From Thermoanaerobaculia bacterium (GTDB lineage: Bacteria > Acidobacteriota > Thermoanaerobaculia > UBA5066), in contig CAWFJJ010000025.1 of NCBI GenBank assembly GCA_963816185.1, positions 320,001 through 384,000 of the forward strand: DNA of 64,000 nucleotides, in the 5' to 3' direction. Of this stretch, positions 10,165 to 20,975 are shown piece after piece (position 1 is the stretch's first letter; every line of letters starts with the position of its first letter). The position numbers and the translations under genes are program-made. The notes below the pieces were generated by a model that had not been told where the DNA came from, did no database searches, and was given only the letters and a program-made list of their open reading frames with translations.

Positions 10165-10571
10165 CGCGGTGAACCTCCTGGGCGAATTTTTCGAGGCGGC
10201 GGAATCCGGCCGCCTGTCGCGGCGAATTCCTCGACGGGAATCCGGCGAAGCCGGGCCACGAGGGCGGCGTCCGCCAGGGCGACCGGATCGCCGTCCAGAC
10301 CGAGGTGCACGGCATCCCGCCACCGGGCCGCGTCAGGCGACTGGGCGAGCCGGTACGAGACGAACTTGCCATTCTTCTCTTCCACGAGGAGGCCTGCTTG
10401 CTTCAGCTCCCTGAGATGCTCGGAGACCGTGGAAGGAGCAGAGCCGAGAACGGCGGTCATCTGACAGACGCAAAGAGGCCCGCTCGAGAGCATCGCGAGA
10501 ACCCGGAGTCGCGCGGGGTGCGCGAGGGCCTTGGCGGCGGCGGTCGTGGCGGAGAGGCCTGACTTCGTCAT
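10161..10571 (-). CDS. ArsR/SmtB-family regulator
   Basis: KALAHPARLR...LCVC...STVSEHL..LK.AGL. Confidence 0.9.
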   Translation of the reverse strand: MTKSGLSATTAAAKALAHPARLRVLAMLSSGPLCVCQMTAVLGSAPSTVSEHLRELKQAGLLVEEKNGKFVSYRLAQSPDAARWRDAVHLGLDGDPVALADAALVARLRRIPVEEFAATGGRIPPPRKIRPGGSPR

Positions 10572-10590
10572 TTCGTAATAACCCGAAATG
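10569..10590. promoter_or_regulatory. ArsR-type operator overlapping the arsR start codon
   Basis: CATTTCG-TAATAACC-CGAAATG, perfect 7-bp arms; second copy at 21285. Confidence 0.7.
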
Positions 10591-10628
10591 TATGGCAGGT
10601 GCGTCTCTCCCGATATGAGGCGCCTGCA

Positions 10629-11654
10629 TCAGAGGCCGAGGGGCGGCGGCGTCAGCGCTTCCGGGTGCGGCGAGCGTCTGTCGTCCGGATCAGCACGAGG
10701 GGTGTCAGCAATGGTTCTTGCCGCCGGGCGAGCCGCCGCCGGCTCGTCCCAGCTGCCGAGAAGGCCATTCGCCTCGCACGCCGTCACCTCGGGCTCGAGG
10801 GTCGCGTGGCTCACGCCCCATCTCTCGTGCAGGAACGTCTTGATTTCTCCGAGCAGGCCCTCGACGCCCTTCGCGCTCTCCTCGGCGGCTACCGTGACGT
10901 GCCCCGTGAGGAGGAGCTGGCCCGGGCCGGCCTGCCAGACGTGGACGTGGTGCAGGCGCCCCTCGCCGAAGGCCTTCGCGACGCTCGCAGCCAGCTCCTC
11001 GACGTCGACGCCAGCGGGGGCACCCTCGAGCAGCGTCGAGACCGTCTGCCAGACGAGGGAGACGGCGCTCCGGAGCACGACGAGGCCGACCAGGAGCGCC
11101 GCGGCGGGATCGACCCATGGCCCCACCGCGGTCCCGGCCAGAAGGGCCGCCACGACTACCGCCAGCGAGGCGAGGGCGTCCTGGGCCATGTGGAGGAACG
11201 CGCTCCTCACGTTCACGTCCTCCTCCCGGTGGCGCCGGAGCAGGAAGACGGAGGCGACGTTGGCTACGAACGCAACGAGAGCCACGGCGAGCATCAGGCC
11301 GCGAGCCACCGGCTCGGGATGGAGCAGCCGCTGCACGGCCTCGCGGGCGATCAGAGCGGTCACCACGATCAGCGTGACGGCGTTGGCGAGCGCGGCCACC
11401 ACCTCCGCCCTCCGGAAGCCGTACGTGTGCCGGGCTGTCGGAGGGCGGCGGCCCAGCCGCCGGGCCCAGAGCGCCAGAACCACGGCCATGACGTCGCTCG
11501 CGTTGTGCGCTGCGTCGGAGAGGAGAGACACGCTGCCCGAGGCGAGGCCCCCCAGGACCTCCGCGACGGTGATCGCTGCGTTCAGCCCCGCGCTCGCCCG
11601 GAGCCGGGTGTCCATCGCGCCGTCTGCGCCTCCTTTTCCCTGTCGCGCTCGCAT
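10629..11654 (-). CDS. Cation diffusion facilitator (CDF) transporter
   Basis: LLSDAAHNASD, HTYGFRRAE, NVRSAFLHMAQD, HHVHVW, HATLE. Confidence 0.9.
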   Translation of the reverse strand: MRARQGKGGADGAMDTRLRASAGLNAAITVAEVLGGLASGSVSLLSDAAHNASDVMAVVLALWARRLGRRPPTARHTYGFRRAEVVAALANAVTLIVVTALIAREAVQRLLHPEPVARGLMLAVALVAFVANVASVFLLRRHREEDVNVRSAFLHMAQDALASLAVVVAALLAGTAVGPWVDPAAALLVGLVVLRSAVSLVWQTVSTLLEGAPAGVDVEELAASVAKAFGEGRLHHVHVWQAGPGQLLLTGHVTVAAEESAKGVEGLLGEIKTFLHERWGVSHATLEPEVTACEANGLLGSWDEPAAARPAARTIADTPRADPDDRRSPHPEALTPPPLGL

Positions 11655-12394
11655 CAACAGAGGCCCCATGCCATCTTCACCGCCACGGCGAGGAGAACGA
11701 TTCCGATGATCACCTTGACATGACGCCCCTTCAGGCGATCCGACATCAGCCGCGCGCCCACGGCGGCCCCGCCGCCCGCTCCCACGGCCGTCCAGCCCAG
11801 CAGCGGCCAGCTCACGCCCGCCAGCGACGCGTGAGCCAGAAAGCCCGACAAGGACGCGAAGACGACCACGAACGACGTGGTCGCCGAGGCCTTCCTCGGC
11901 TCGACGCCGAGCGTCACCAGGGCCGGGACGACGACGTTGCCGCCGCCCACGCCGAGGAGCCCGCCGAGGAAGCCGGCCGCGCCCCCGACTCCCACGCCGG
12001 CACCGAGAAGAGCCCATGGCCGGCGGGTCGTCTCTCTCTCCCTGGGCGTGTAGAGCAGCATCAGCGCGGCCGCGAGGACCAGGAACCCGACGAAGAGCCG
12101 GAGCAGCAGCGTGCGATCCAGGCCCTGGCTCACGTGCGCGCCCACTGGAGCGAGCGCGGCGGCCACGATGAGGATGGGCACGCCGATGCGCCAGACCACG
12201 AGCTTCCGCCTTATGAAGGTCACGGAAGCGATCCCCAAGCTGATCGCGTTGAGCAGGAGCGCCGTGGCCATCGCGGTATGGACCTCGACCCCGAGCGCCA
12301 TGAAGACCGGGATCAGGATGAACGCCGCCCCCAGTCCCGCAATGGTCATCACGACCGTGAAGACGAACGTGATGACTCCCGCCAGCAAGGCCAT
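11654..12394 (-). CDS. Sulfite exporter TauE/SafE-family protein
   Basis: GLGAAFILIP and GLLGVGGG repeats, about 8 TM segments. Confidence 0.85.
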   Translation of the reverse strand: MALLAGVITFVFTVVMTIAGLGAAFILIPVFMALGVEVHTAMATALLLNAISLGIASVTFIRRKLVVWRIGVPILIVAAALAPVGAHVSQGLDRTLLLRLFVGFLVLAAALMLLYTPRERETTRRPWALLGAGVGVGGAAGFLGGLLGVGGGNVVVPALVTLGVEPRKASATTSFVVVFASLSGFLAHASLAGVSWPLLGWTAVGAGGGAAVGARLMSDRLKGRHVKVIIGIVLLAVAVKMAWGLC

Positions 12395-12409
12395 GCCCGT
12401 CGACGGCTC

Positions 12410-13028
12410 CTACCGGCTCCCGGCAGGGGCAGGAGTAGCCCGAGCACGGGATGCACACGGGCTTGCCGTCCTTCGTGCGCAGATAGCGCTCGAAGACGTA
12501 CTCGCCGCAGCCGCTGCACAGCGCCTTGTTGAACGAGCCCTTGGCGGGGGTGTGGCGGAAGTCCGGCCTCGGCTCGATCTTGAACACGGTGTCGTCCGGC
12601 TGCGCAGCCGCCCAGTCGATCACCTCGGCCGCCACTGCCGCCGGGATTTCCGACGGCTCGGCGCCCCGCTTGCGGTAGGAGAAGAACTCCAGCTTTCCCA
12701 TCGCGTCGACGAACGCCGGCTTCAACGCGAACCGGACGGCGCCCTTCCCGGGGTGGAAGAAGGTGGCCGCGAGCTTTCCGTAGAACGTCTTCTCCATGAG
12801 GACCTTCCCGTACGTCGCACCGGTGGCCACCTGAATTCCGTCCATCATGCAGGTCTGCGGGTGGCCCTCGCCCAGCTCGGGGAAGACGAAGAGGCCGTGG
12901 TCTTTCTCGCGCCGTGCACCGAGGCGCGCGAGGGCGAGCACCCCCATCCGGTAGCCGATGGGCATGAAGGGACAGCGGTGGCCGTGGAACTCGAAAGCCC
13001 ACTCCGGGGGGACGAATCCATTGTTCAT
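12410..13028 (-). CDS. FmdE-family protein with C-terminal zinc finger (stop probably lost through a 1-nt indel)
   Basis: FHGHRCP, TCMMDGIQ..TG.T.GK, CSGCGE...CIPC. A TAG at 12410-12412 lies one frame off, next to the AGGAG RBS of tauE. Confidence 0.75.
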
Positions 13029-13060
13029 GACGGGAGTCCTCCTTCTTGCGTCTCAGGGCA

Positions 13061-16000
13061 TCAGCGCGGGCGCGGCGCGGCGCCGGCTTGCCGAACGCCT
13101 GGCTCAGCCGCTGCCGTACGGACTCGAACAGGTCGTAGAAGACGGGAACGTAGATGAGGGTGAGGAACGTCGACACCGTGAGGCCGCCGATCGCGACCAC
13201 GGCGAGCGGGCTGAGGCGCTCCAGGCCGATCGCCCACTCGAGGGCGATCGGGAGCATCCCGACCGCGGTCGCCGCGGCCGTCATCAGGATCGGCCGCGTC
13301 CTCACGCGCACGGATTCCGTCAGGGCGTCGAGGAGGCTCTCGCCGCGCCCGCGCGCCTCCTCGATGAAGTCGATGAGGAGAATGCTGTTCTTCACGACGA
13401 TCCCGGCGAGCAGGATCATCCCCATGAACGACGGCATGCACTGGTGCTTGCCGGTCAGGAGGAGCGCCCAGACGGCTCCGATGACCCCGAGCGGGATCGC
13501 CACCATGATCGTGAGCGGGTGAAGGAACGAGCGGAAGGCCGGGACCAGGGAGAAGTACAGGAGGATCAGGCCGAGGACGAGCGCCTTCATCAGCGCCGAG
13601 AACGCCTCGTCCATCGTCTTGCGTTCCCCTTCTTCGGTGAGGGTGTAGCCCGGTGGGAGCTTCAGGCCCTCGAGCGCCTTGGTGACGCCGTCGTTGATGT
13701 GGGTGACCGCGGTCGTCGAGCGGTAGCCCAGGACGTCCACCGTCTCCTGGAGGTTCTGCCGCGTGTGAAGCGTCGGAACGAAGGCCCGCTCGAGCCGGCC
13801 GAGTGACGAGAGCGGGACGCTGCCCCTCGGCGTGAGGACCGGGAGCGTGGCGAGATCCTCCGGAGCGGCGCGGCGGCCGGCCTGCCGCCTGGACCCAGAC
13901 GGCGAACGAATCCTGCTGCGGGACCCGGAAGAGCGTCGCGGGCGTTCCCTTGACCTGCGCGCTCACCTGGGCCGCCACCGCGGCCGCGTCGACGCCGTAG
14001 AAGGAGAGCTGCTCGGCGTCGGGAAGGAAGCGGACCTCCACGCGGTCGAGCGTCCAGGTCGGCACCACGGACGTCAGGCCGCCCACGGTCCGGAGCCGGC
14101 GCGCCACGTCCTGTGAGAGGGAGGCGAGCGTCTTCGGATCGGGGCCGGAGATCATCAGGTCGACGGTCGACCGGATCGTGGAGAGAGGCGTGGCGCCGTA
14201 GTCGAAGGCGGCCGGGAAGCGGATCCCCGGGATCGTCCGGAGCCTGGCGAGAACCGAGCGCTCGACGTCCCAGAGCGACTCCTTGCGGTGGAAGCGGTCG
14301 ACGAGGTGGACGGTCACGAACGCCTGCTGCGGGTTGCGGCCCGAGCCGAACGTGAGGACGCCGGGCTCCGAGCCGAGCGTCGCCGACGTCCGCACGATGC
14401 CGGGTTCGGCGCGAATCGCCTTCTCGGCCTGCGTCAGCAGCGTCTCGGCCTCGGCCAGGGACGCGTTCGGGTACGCCTCGAAAGTGACGCGGAAGATCCC
14501 CGTGTCCATCGGGGGCATCAGGTCGCGGCCGACGAGCGGGATGACGAGTCGGCCCGAGATCACGAGAAGCAGGACGGCGGGGAGGATGAAGAGCGTCTTC
14601 CTGCGCAGCGCGACCTCGACCACCTTGACGAAGAACTCCTGGATCCGGTGGAGGATCGTGCCGTTCACGACGTGGTCGAGCTTCTTCTCCCAGCCCCACT
14701 TCTCCGTGCGGCCTCCCAGCCGGAGGATGAACGGCGCCAGGATCGGCAGGATCGTCACCGAGACGAGGTACGAGGCGAGGAGCGCGATCGAGAGCGTCAG
14801 GCTGAGCGGGCGGAGGACGGTCTGGACGAAGCCGCCGATGTAGATGATCGGCAGGAGGACGACGACCGTTGCGTAGGTCCCCGAGAGGATCGCCAGCATC
14901 ACCTCCTCGGTGCCGCCGATGGTGGCCGACGAGAGGTCCTTGCCGAGCTTGTGGTAGTGCCGCTCGATGTTCTCCAGGACGACGATCGCGTCGTCGAGGA
15001 GCATTCCCACCCCGAGGATGACGCCCGTGAGCGTCACCATGTCGAACTGGAAGCCGAAGAGCCACATGAAGGCGAACGTGATGAGGTAGGTGAACGGGAT
15101 CGAGATGCCGGCCAGGATCATCCCGCGCGTGTCCGCGAGGAAGAGGAAGATGACGAGGACCGTCAGCAGGATCGCGTCGCGCAGCGCGTCCACCATGTTG
15201 GAGACGCTCTTGCCGATCAGCTCGCCCTGCGTGTCCGCGATCTCGAAGGAGATTCCCGGGAACTGCCGTTCGAGCTCGGGCAGCTTCGCCGCGACGGCCT
15301 CGATCGTCGGGAGGGCGAAGCCCGAGAGGGCCCGCTGGATCGAGACGCCGATCGCCGGCTTCCCGTTGCCGTGGTACGCCGACATCCGCTCCTGGACGCC
15401 GCGGCGGATCGTCGCGACGTCGCGCAGGTAGACGGGCGGGCCCGGCGCGCCGCCGATCACGATGCCACCGGCCTCCTCGGGCCGGACGAACTCTCCCTGG
15501 CTCTTGAGAAGGAGGTGGGTCGGGTCGGTGACGAGCAGCCCTTCGGGCGTGTTCCGGTTCCAGGCCGAGAGCGCCGCGACGACCTGACCCGGGCTCAGCC
15601 GGTAGGCCTGCAGCTTGTCGGGATCGAGCACGACCGAGACGACGGGCTGGTACCCGCCGAAGACCTCCACGTTCGCGACGTCCGGGAGGCGGAGAAGCGC
15701 CTCCTTGACGGGGTTCTGCGCGAGCTGGCGGACCATCGACAGGTCGAGGCCCGAGCCGTCCTTCGGCGAGAGGGCGAGGACGAGGACCGCCGGCGTCGCC
15801 GACGACACCTTGTAGACCTGGAAGGGGCGGATGTCCGGCGGGAGGAGCGACCGGATCTTGTTCAGCGCGTTGGAGACGTCGGTGGCCGCCGAGTCGAGGC
15901 CCTTCTCGTACTCGAACTCCGCCGTGACGACCGAGACCTCGTCGTTGGACGTGGAGGTCACGCGGCGCACGAGCTCGATCGTCTTGACCTCCTTCTCGAT

Positions 16001-16198
16001 GACGCGGCTGACGTCGCCGCTCACGTCGTCGGCCGAGGCGCCCGGCCAGACGGTCACGACCGAGATCTGGGGCCGCTCGCTGTCGGGGAAGAGGTTGACG
16101 GGAAGCTTGAAGAACCCCACGCCGCCGACGACGGCGAGGAGAAGGACGACGGACAGGAGGAGGTGGGGCTTCTTGACGTAGCGTTGGACGAGACTCAC
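13061..16198 (-). CDS. RND efflux permease (AcrB/CzcA family), frameshifts near 13880 and 13070
   Basis: GMLLDDAIVVLENI; the C-terminal GIVVKNSILLIDF and RTRPILMT are in frame 12349..13740. Confidence 0.85.
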   Translation of the reverse strand: MSLVQRYVKKPHLLLSVVLLLAVVGGVGFFKLPVNLFPDSERPQISVVTVWPGASADDVSGDVSRVIEKEVKTIELVRRVTSTSNDEVSVVTAEFEYEKGLDSAATDVSNALNKIRSLLPPDIRPFQVYKVSSATPAVLVLALSPKDGSGLDLSMVRQLAQNPVKEALLRLPDVANVEVFGGYQPVVSVVLDPDKLQAYRLSPGQVVAALSAWNRNTPEGLLVTDPTHLLLKSQGEFVRPEEAGGIVIGGAPGPPVYLRDVATIRRGVQERMSAYHGNGKPAIGVSIQRALSGFALPTIEAVAAKLPELERQFPGISFEIADTQGELIGKSVSNMVDALRDAILLTVLVIFLFLADTRGMILAGISIPFTYLITFAFMWLFGFQFDMVTLTGVILGVGMLLDDAIVVLENIERHYHKLGKDLSSATIGGTEEVMLAILSGTYATVVVLLPIIYIGGFVQTVLRPLSLTLSIALLASYLVSVTILPILAPFILRLGGRTEKWGWEKKLDHVVNGTILHRIQEFFVKVVEVALRRKTLFILPAVLLLVISGRLVIPLVGRDLMPPMDTGIFRVTFEAYPNASLAEAETLLTQAEKAIRAEPGIVRTSATLGSEPGVLTFGSGRNPQQAFVTVHLVDRFHRKESLWDVERSVLARLRTIPGIRFPAAFDYGATPLSTIRSTVDLMISGPDPKTLASLSQDVARRLRTVGGLTSVVPTWTLDRVEVRFLPDAEQLSFYGVDAAAVAAQVSAQVKGTPATLFRVPQQDSFAVWVQAAGRPPRRSGGSRHAPGPHAEGQRPALVTRPARAGLRSDASHAAEPPGDGGRPGLPLDDRGHPHQRRRHQGARGPEAPTGLHPHRRRGTQDDGRGVLGADEGARPRPDPPVLLPGPGLPLVPSPAHDHGGDPARGHRSRLGAPPDRQAPVHAVVHGDDPARRDRREEQHSPHRLHRGGARARREPPRRPDGIRAREDAADPDDGRGDRGRDAPDRPRVGDRPGAPQPARRGRDRRPHGVDVPHPHLRSRLLRPVRVRTAAAEPGVRQAGAAPRPR

Positions 16199-16201
16199 CC
16201 G

Positions 16202-17293
16202 TCACCTCTGCCTCGGCGCGACGGGGGTGCCGGCCGTCAGCGCCATCAGCTCGCTCGGAAGCCCGGTGACGACGAGGTCCCCGGCCGCGAGATCGCCCTT
16301 CACCCTACTGTTGCGACCGTCCCCGCCCGCCACGACGACGCGGACCGGCTGGGCTTTCCCGTCCTTCACCCGCACGACGAGCGTCTCGGCGGTCCCCTCG
16401 AGCAGGGCCGCGGAGGGGACGACGAGCCCTTCCGCAGACGAGGTGGCGGCATAGGTCGCCGCGACAGTCGCTCCCGGCGCGAGTGAGAACGGCGCGGAGG
16501 GAAGGTCCGACTCGACTGTCCCCAGGTGCGAGGCGTCGAGGGCAGGGTAGATCCTCGAGATCCTGGCCTCGCGCGTGTCGCTTCCGTTCGCGAGAACGAC
16601 CCGGCCTCCAGGCGAAAGGAGCGCGAGGCTCTCCTGCGAGAGCTTCGAGACGACCCTCACGGGTCCCGCGACCTGGACGGTGTAGAGCGGCCTTGCCGGG
16701 CGCGGCGAGATCGCCGGGCTCGACGAGCCGGGCGCTCACGACGCCGGACCAGGGGGCCGGGACGTCGCGCGAACGAACGGAGCGTGCGGGCGCTCGCGAG
16801 CGCCCTCTCGGCGGCGACCAGCGCCGCCTTCGCCGCCTCGAGCTGCGCCTGGCTCGCCTCGAACGCCTGCCGTCGAGAGGGCGTCGTTCTCGACGAGCAC
16901 CGTGTCCCGCGAGACGACCGCCTCCTGGCGGGTCCGCTCCTGCCGCGCCGCCGCGACGCGCGCCTCGGCGGCGGCGACGGCGTCGTCGAGGACCCGCGCG
17001 TCGACGCGGGCCATCACCTCGCCCTTCCGGACGGTGTCCCCTTCGCGGAAGCGGACCTCGAGGAGCGCTCCGGCGACCTGGGCCGAGACCGTCGCCGCCG
17101 TGTCGGACTGGATCAGGGCGACCGTCTTCACCGAGGCCGCCACCGTCCCGGTCCTCACGGGGATGACGTCCACCGCGACGGCGGGGACCTCCGGGGGCGA
17201 AAGCCGCGCCAGGCTCTGCTTCTTGTGACGGATTGCGAGGACCCCGGCGAGAACGACCGCCAGCGCCAGGACCAGCCCAAGGATCCTCTTCAT
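16202..17293 (-). CDS. RND membrane fusion protein (frameshifted around 16690-16870)
   Basis: N-terminal anchor, VSAQVAG...REGDTV.KG lipoyl-like motif, VVPSAALL, GDL..GDLVV. Confidence 0.75.
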
Positions 17294-18613
17294 CGCGTCT
17301 CTCCTCTCCTCGCGGTCACGAACTCCAGGTTGTCCTCGGCGGTCTGCAGCGCGTAGAGCCCTCGCCAGTAAGCGGTCTCTCCGAGGAGCTCCTGCGACCG
17401 GGCCGACAGGTAGTCCTCCACCTTGCCGGTTCCCTGATCGAGCCTCAGACGCTCGACGCGGGCGACTTCCTTCCCGAGGTCCCGCTGCGCCTCGCCCGCC
17501 CGGAGCTGAGCTCGAGCCGCCTCGAGGCGCCCGCCGGCCTCGACGACCTGCGCGGAGACCTCCAGCTCCTTCCCTCTCTCGCGCTCGCTGGCGGCCGCGA
17601 GATTCGCCTCGGCTTCGCGAACGGCGTGCAGGCGGCCGAGCCCGTCGAAGAGCGGGAGGCGCAGCGTCACGGCCACCTCGTGGGTCTCCAGCGAGCCGTT
17701 CACGGACGGCGCACGATTCCAGAGGACATTGCCCTCGAGCGCGAGGCGCGGGCCGAAGGAGTCGATCGCCAGCCGCTTGCGGCTTTCGGAGATGAGCGTC
17801 GCGTCGCGCACGGCCCCGAGGTCGGCGCGCATCGAGAGGGCCTTCGCGAGCCCGTCCCCCGGCTCGTCCATGGGCACCGCGCTCGTCGGCGACGTCCGCG
17901 AGGTCCCATCCGCCCGCCGGCGGGTCCTCGCCCATCAGGGCGGCGAGGTACGCCTGCGCCGTCGTCTCCTGCGCCTCGAGCTCGGCCACCTGTGCCTCGG
18001 CTCCCCGCAGCGCGTACGTCACCTTCGCGGCGTCGACCGGCGCGGCGGCGCCGAGGCTCACCTTCAGCCGCGCGTCCTCTTCGTCCTTCGTCAGGGCCGC
18101 GGCGTACTGCCGTGCCGCGCCGAGGGCATGCCGGACGAGGAGGGCGTTGCGATACGCCGCCCGGACGCTCGTTCGGATCTCGTCGCGCGTGAACTCGGCG
18201 GTCTTCTCCGCGGCGCTCCGGGCCAGCGAAGCGCTGCGGTCTCCTTCGTGCAGCGCGCCGCCGGCGAGGAGAGGCAGCTGGAACGCGAAACCGTAGTGCG
18301 TCTGGTTCTGGTCCCAGGGGAGTTGATACAACCCCAGCGCCGGGACCTCGAATTGGTCGATGGAGATGGGGCGCACGAGGCGCGGCGACTCGTAGTTGTT
18401 GTACGACGCGACGGCGTCGATCTGCCCGAAATGCCGGGCGCGGGCCTGCGACTCGCGACGGGCCGCCGCCACGGCCTCCAGCCGCGAGGCGGCGAGGCGG
18501 GGGTTCGCGGATTGAGCGCGGACCTCGGCGTCGTTCATCGTGAGGGGTGCGGCGGCGAGCGTCGCCGTCGACGGGCCAGCGAGGATCAGGCAGACGGAAA
18601 CGGCGAGTCTCAT
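17290..18613 (-). CDS. TolC-family outer membrane factor (frameshift near 17880)
   Basis: Signal peptide, ANPRL, LPLLAGG and LPLFDG strand motifs in two frames. Confidence 0.8.
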
Positions 18614-18933
18614 CGGGATTTCCCCTCACGCGCGCGTCCGGCGCCCAGGAAAGCGCCGAGCGTTCGGAGGAGCGTGTCGGCCGCCCCCCTCTCGATCTCG
18701 TACTCCACCCGCGATCCCTCCCGGCGAGGGAAGACGAGGCCCGCGGTGCGAAGCACGCCGAGATGGTGCGAGACGGCGGGCTGCTCGACACCCAGCTCCG
18801 CGGCGAGGTCGCAGACGCAGCGTCCGGGACGCCGCACGAGCTGCGCGAGGATCCGGAGCCGGAGCGGATGGGCCGTGAGCCGCAGACGTCCTGCCAGCGT
18901 TTCCGTCGTGAGCATCTCTGGATCTATCGACAT
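18610..18933 (-). CDS. ArsR/SmtB-family regulator
   Basis: AHPLRLRIL...CVCDL...QPAVSHHL.VLR.AGLV..RREG. Confidence 0.85.
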   Translation of the reverse strand: MSIDPEMLTTETLAGRLRLTAHPLRLRILAQLVRRPGRCVCDLAAELGVEQPAVSHHLGVLRTAGLVFPRREGSRVEYEIERGAADTLLRTLGAFLGAGRAREGKSR

Positions 18934-18942
18934 ACCTCGATA
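18925..18942. promoter_or_regulatory. Probable operator of the second ArsR
   Basis: TATCGA-CATACC-TCGATA perfect inverted repeat over the start codon. Confidence 0.5.
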
Positions 18943-19038
18943 CCTCGGTGCGCAAAAAGGCGGCTGAGCCGCCGTCACGCAAGGAAGGTATCGCCGCGCC
19001 CGCAGGCGCGCCTTGACGCGCGACAAGAAAAACAGAGA

Positions 19039-19749
19039 TCAGTCGCCGTCGGCGACGCGGCGCAGGGCGTCGAGGGAGGGGATCCGGAAGCGCCGCGGAC
19101 CCAGCCTCTCGAGCAGGCCCTCCCGGCGCAGCTTCGCGAGCGCCCGCGAGAGGTTCTCGGGCGTCACGTGCAGGGTCCGCGCCAGCTCCTGCTGGCTGAA
19201 GGGGAGCGTGACGATGGCTTCGCCGCGACCTGAAGCCTCGGGCGGGACGAAGCTGAGAAGTCCGTGCGCGGCACGTGCGTGGGCGCCTGGCTGCCCGAGC
19301 ATGCCGAGCTGGTCGAGACAGCCGCGGAGCCGGGAGGTCAGATACTCGAGCAGCCGAAGGCCGACTTCCGGCTCCTGCCGGAGGAACGTCTGGAAGGCCG
19401 CCCTCTCGAGGACGAGCGAGACCGACTCCTCCATCGCCGCGACGGAAACGGGGAAAGGGCCGCCGTCGAGGAGCGGCAGGAACCCGAAGGACGCTCCAGG
19501 CTGGAGGACGAAGACCGTGATCTCGCGTCCGCTCGGGAGCAACCGGTAGACCCGAAGGCGCCCGCTTGCGAGGACGAAGAACTGACCGCCCGCATCACCC
19601 TCCGAGAAAACGAGCGCTCCCGCAGAAAAGCGCTTCTCGGCGAAGAGGGCCGCGAGCTTCGATGCGCCCTCTCCCAACGCGCCGAAAGGGGTCTTCTCCA
19701 GGAGCCTTGCGCGGGCCGCGGAGTCGATCCTCACGTCTCTCGACTTCAT
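19039..19749 (-). CDS. Crp/Fnr-family regulator
   Basis: cNMP-binding domain (FSEGD...SGREIT...FG) plus HTH SQQELA...TPENLSR. Confidence 0.9.
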   Translation of the reverse strand: MKSRDVRIDSAARARLLEKTPFGALGEGASKLAALFAEKRFSAGALVFSEGDAGGQFFVLASGRLRVYRLLPSGREITVFVLQPGASFGFLPLLDGGPFPVSVAAMEESVSLVLERAAFQTFLRQEPEVGLRLLEYLTSRLRGCLDQLGMLGQPGAHARAAHGLLSFVPPEASGRGEAIVTLPFSQQELARTLHVTPENLSRALAKLRREGLLERLGPRRFRIPSLDALRRVADGD

Positions 19750-19768
19750 TTCCGCCGTCTCCTGGCCA

Positions 19769-20956
19769 TCAGCCCGCCCACGCGCCGAACGCGAGGCCGC
19801 AGATCGTCGAGAGAACGATGACGAGGGAGACGTAGGTCACCGTCTTCTTCAGCCCGAGGTAGGAGTTGATGACGAGCATGCTCGGGAGGGATAGCGCCGG
19901 CCCCGAGAGAAGCAGGGCCAGCGCAGGCCCCTTCCCCATTCCCGAGCCGAGAAGGCCCTGCAGGATCGGGACCTCCGTCAGCGTGGCGAAATACATGAAT
20001 GCGCCGAACACCGACGCGACGAGATTCGCGGCGACCGAATTGCCGCCCACGAGGGAGGCGACCGCCGAGTCGGGGATGATCCCCGCGTCGCTCCCGGGCC
20101 GTCCCATCAACCACCCCGCGACGAGCACGCCGCCAAAAAGAAGCGGCAGGATCTGCTTGGCGAACTCCCATGTCCCGAGGACCCATTCCCGGCGCTCGCC
20201 CGGGTCGAGCCACTTCACGATCATGAAGAGGAGTGCCCCTGCGGAGAGGGCCGCGAGCGGAAGATGCGCCTTCCAGACGGCCGCGAAGAACCCGACCGCG
20301 CGGTTCGGGGAACCCCAGTTGATGAAGACGAGAAGGGCCACCATCGAGCCGAGAAACGCCGCGTCCTGCCACGGCTTGCGCCGCGGAGGGACGTCGCCGG
20401 CGCCGGCCGCCGCGAAGGGATCGGGGCCGTTCGCGACGCGCTCGGATTCTTCCTTCCGGAACAGGAACGCCATCAAGAGGCCGATGACGACCGAGAACCC
20501 GACGGCGCCCACGATCCGGGCGACGCCCAGCTCGAATCCGAGGACGCGCGCCGTCAGGATCATCGCGAGGACGTTGATCGCGGGCCCCGAATAGAGGAAC
20601 GCGGTCGCGGGCCCGAGTCCCGCCCCGCGCCGGTAGATGCTGGCGAAGAGCGGAAGCACGGTGCACGAGCAGACGGCGAGAATCGAGCCCGACACCGACG
20701 CGACCCCGTAGGCGACCGGCCTCGGCGCCCGGGCGCCGAGGTAGCGCATCACGGCGGCCTGGCTCAGGAACTGTCCGATGGCCCCGGCGATGAAGAGAGC
20801 CGGGACGAGACAGAGGAGAACGTGCTGCCGCGCGTAGTCCTTGAGGAGGAAGAGACCCTCGAGGAAAGACCTCTGGAGCCGCGGGCTCTCGACGGGCAGC
20901 AGGTACGCCGCCGCGAAGACGGCGACGATCAAGAGCAGCTTCGTCCGCTCCTTCAT
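19769..20956 (-). CDS. DUF318/ArsP-family permease
   Basis: LAVCSCTVLP, SGPAIN, MYFATLTEVP. Confidence 0.85.
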   Translation of the reverse strand: MKERTKLLLIVAVFAAAYLLPVESPRLQRSFLEGLFLLKDYARQHVLLCLVPALFIAGAIGQFLSQAAVMRYLGARAPRPVAYGVASVSGSILAVCSCTVLPLFASIYRRGAGLGPATAFLYSGPAINVLAMILTARVLGFELGVARIVGAVGFSVVIGLLMAFLFRKEESERVANGPDPFAAAGAGDVPPRRKPWQDAAFLGSMVALLVFINWGSPNRAVGFFAAVWKAHLPLAALSAGALLFMIVKWLDPGERREWVLGTWEFAKQILPLLFGGVLVAGWLMGRPGSDAGIIPDSAVASLVGGNSVAANLVASVFGAFMYFATLTEVPILQGLLGSGMGKGPALALLLSGPALSLPSMLVINSYLGLKKTVTYVSLVIVLSTICGLAFGAWAG

Positions 20957-20975
20957 CGGGCGGGCTCCCGTTCTC

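Noticed and set aside
10629-13028. 799-aa FmdE-CDF fusion ORF
   Set aside because: Its middle is an off-frame reading of tauE. A single indel near 12415-12430 restores a normal FmdE stop.
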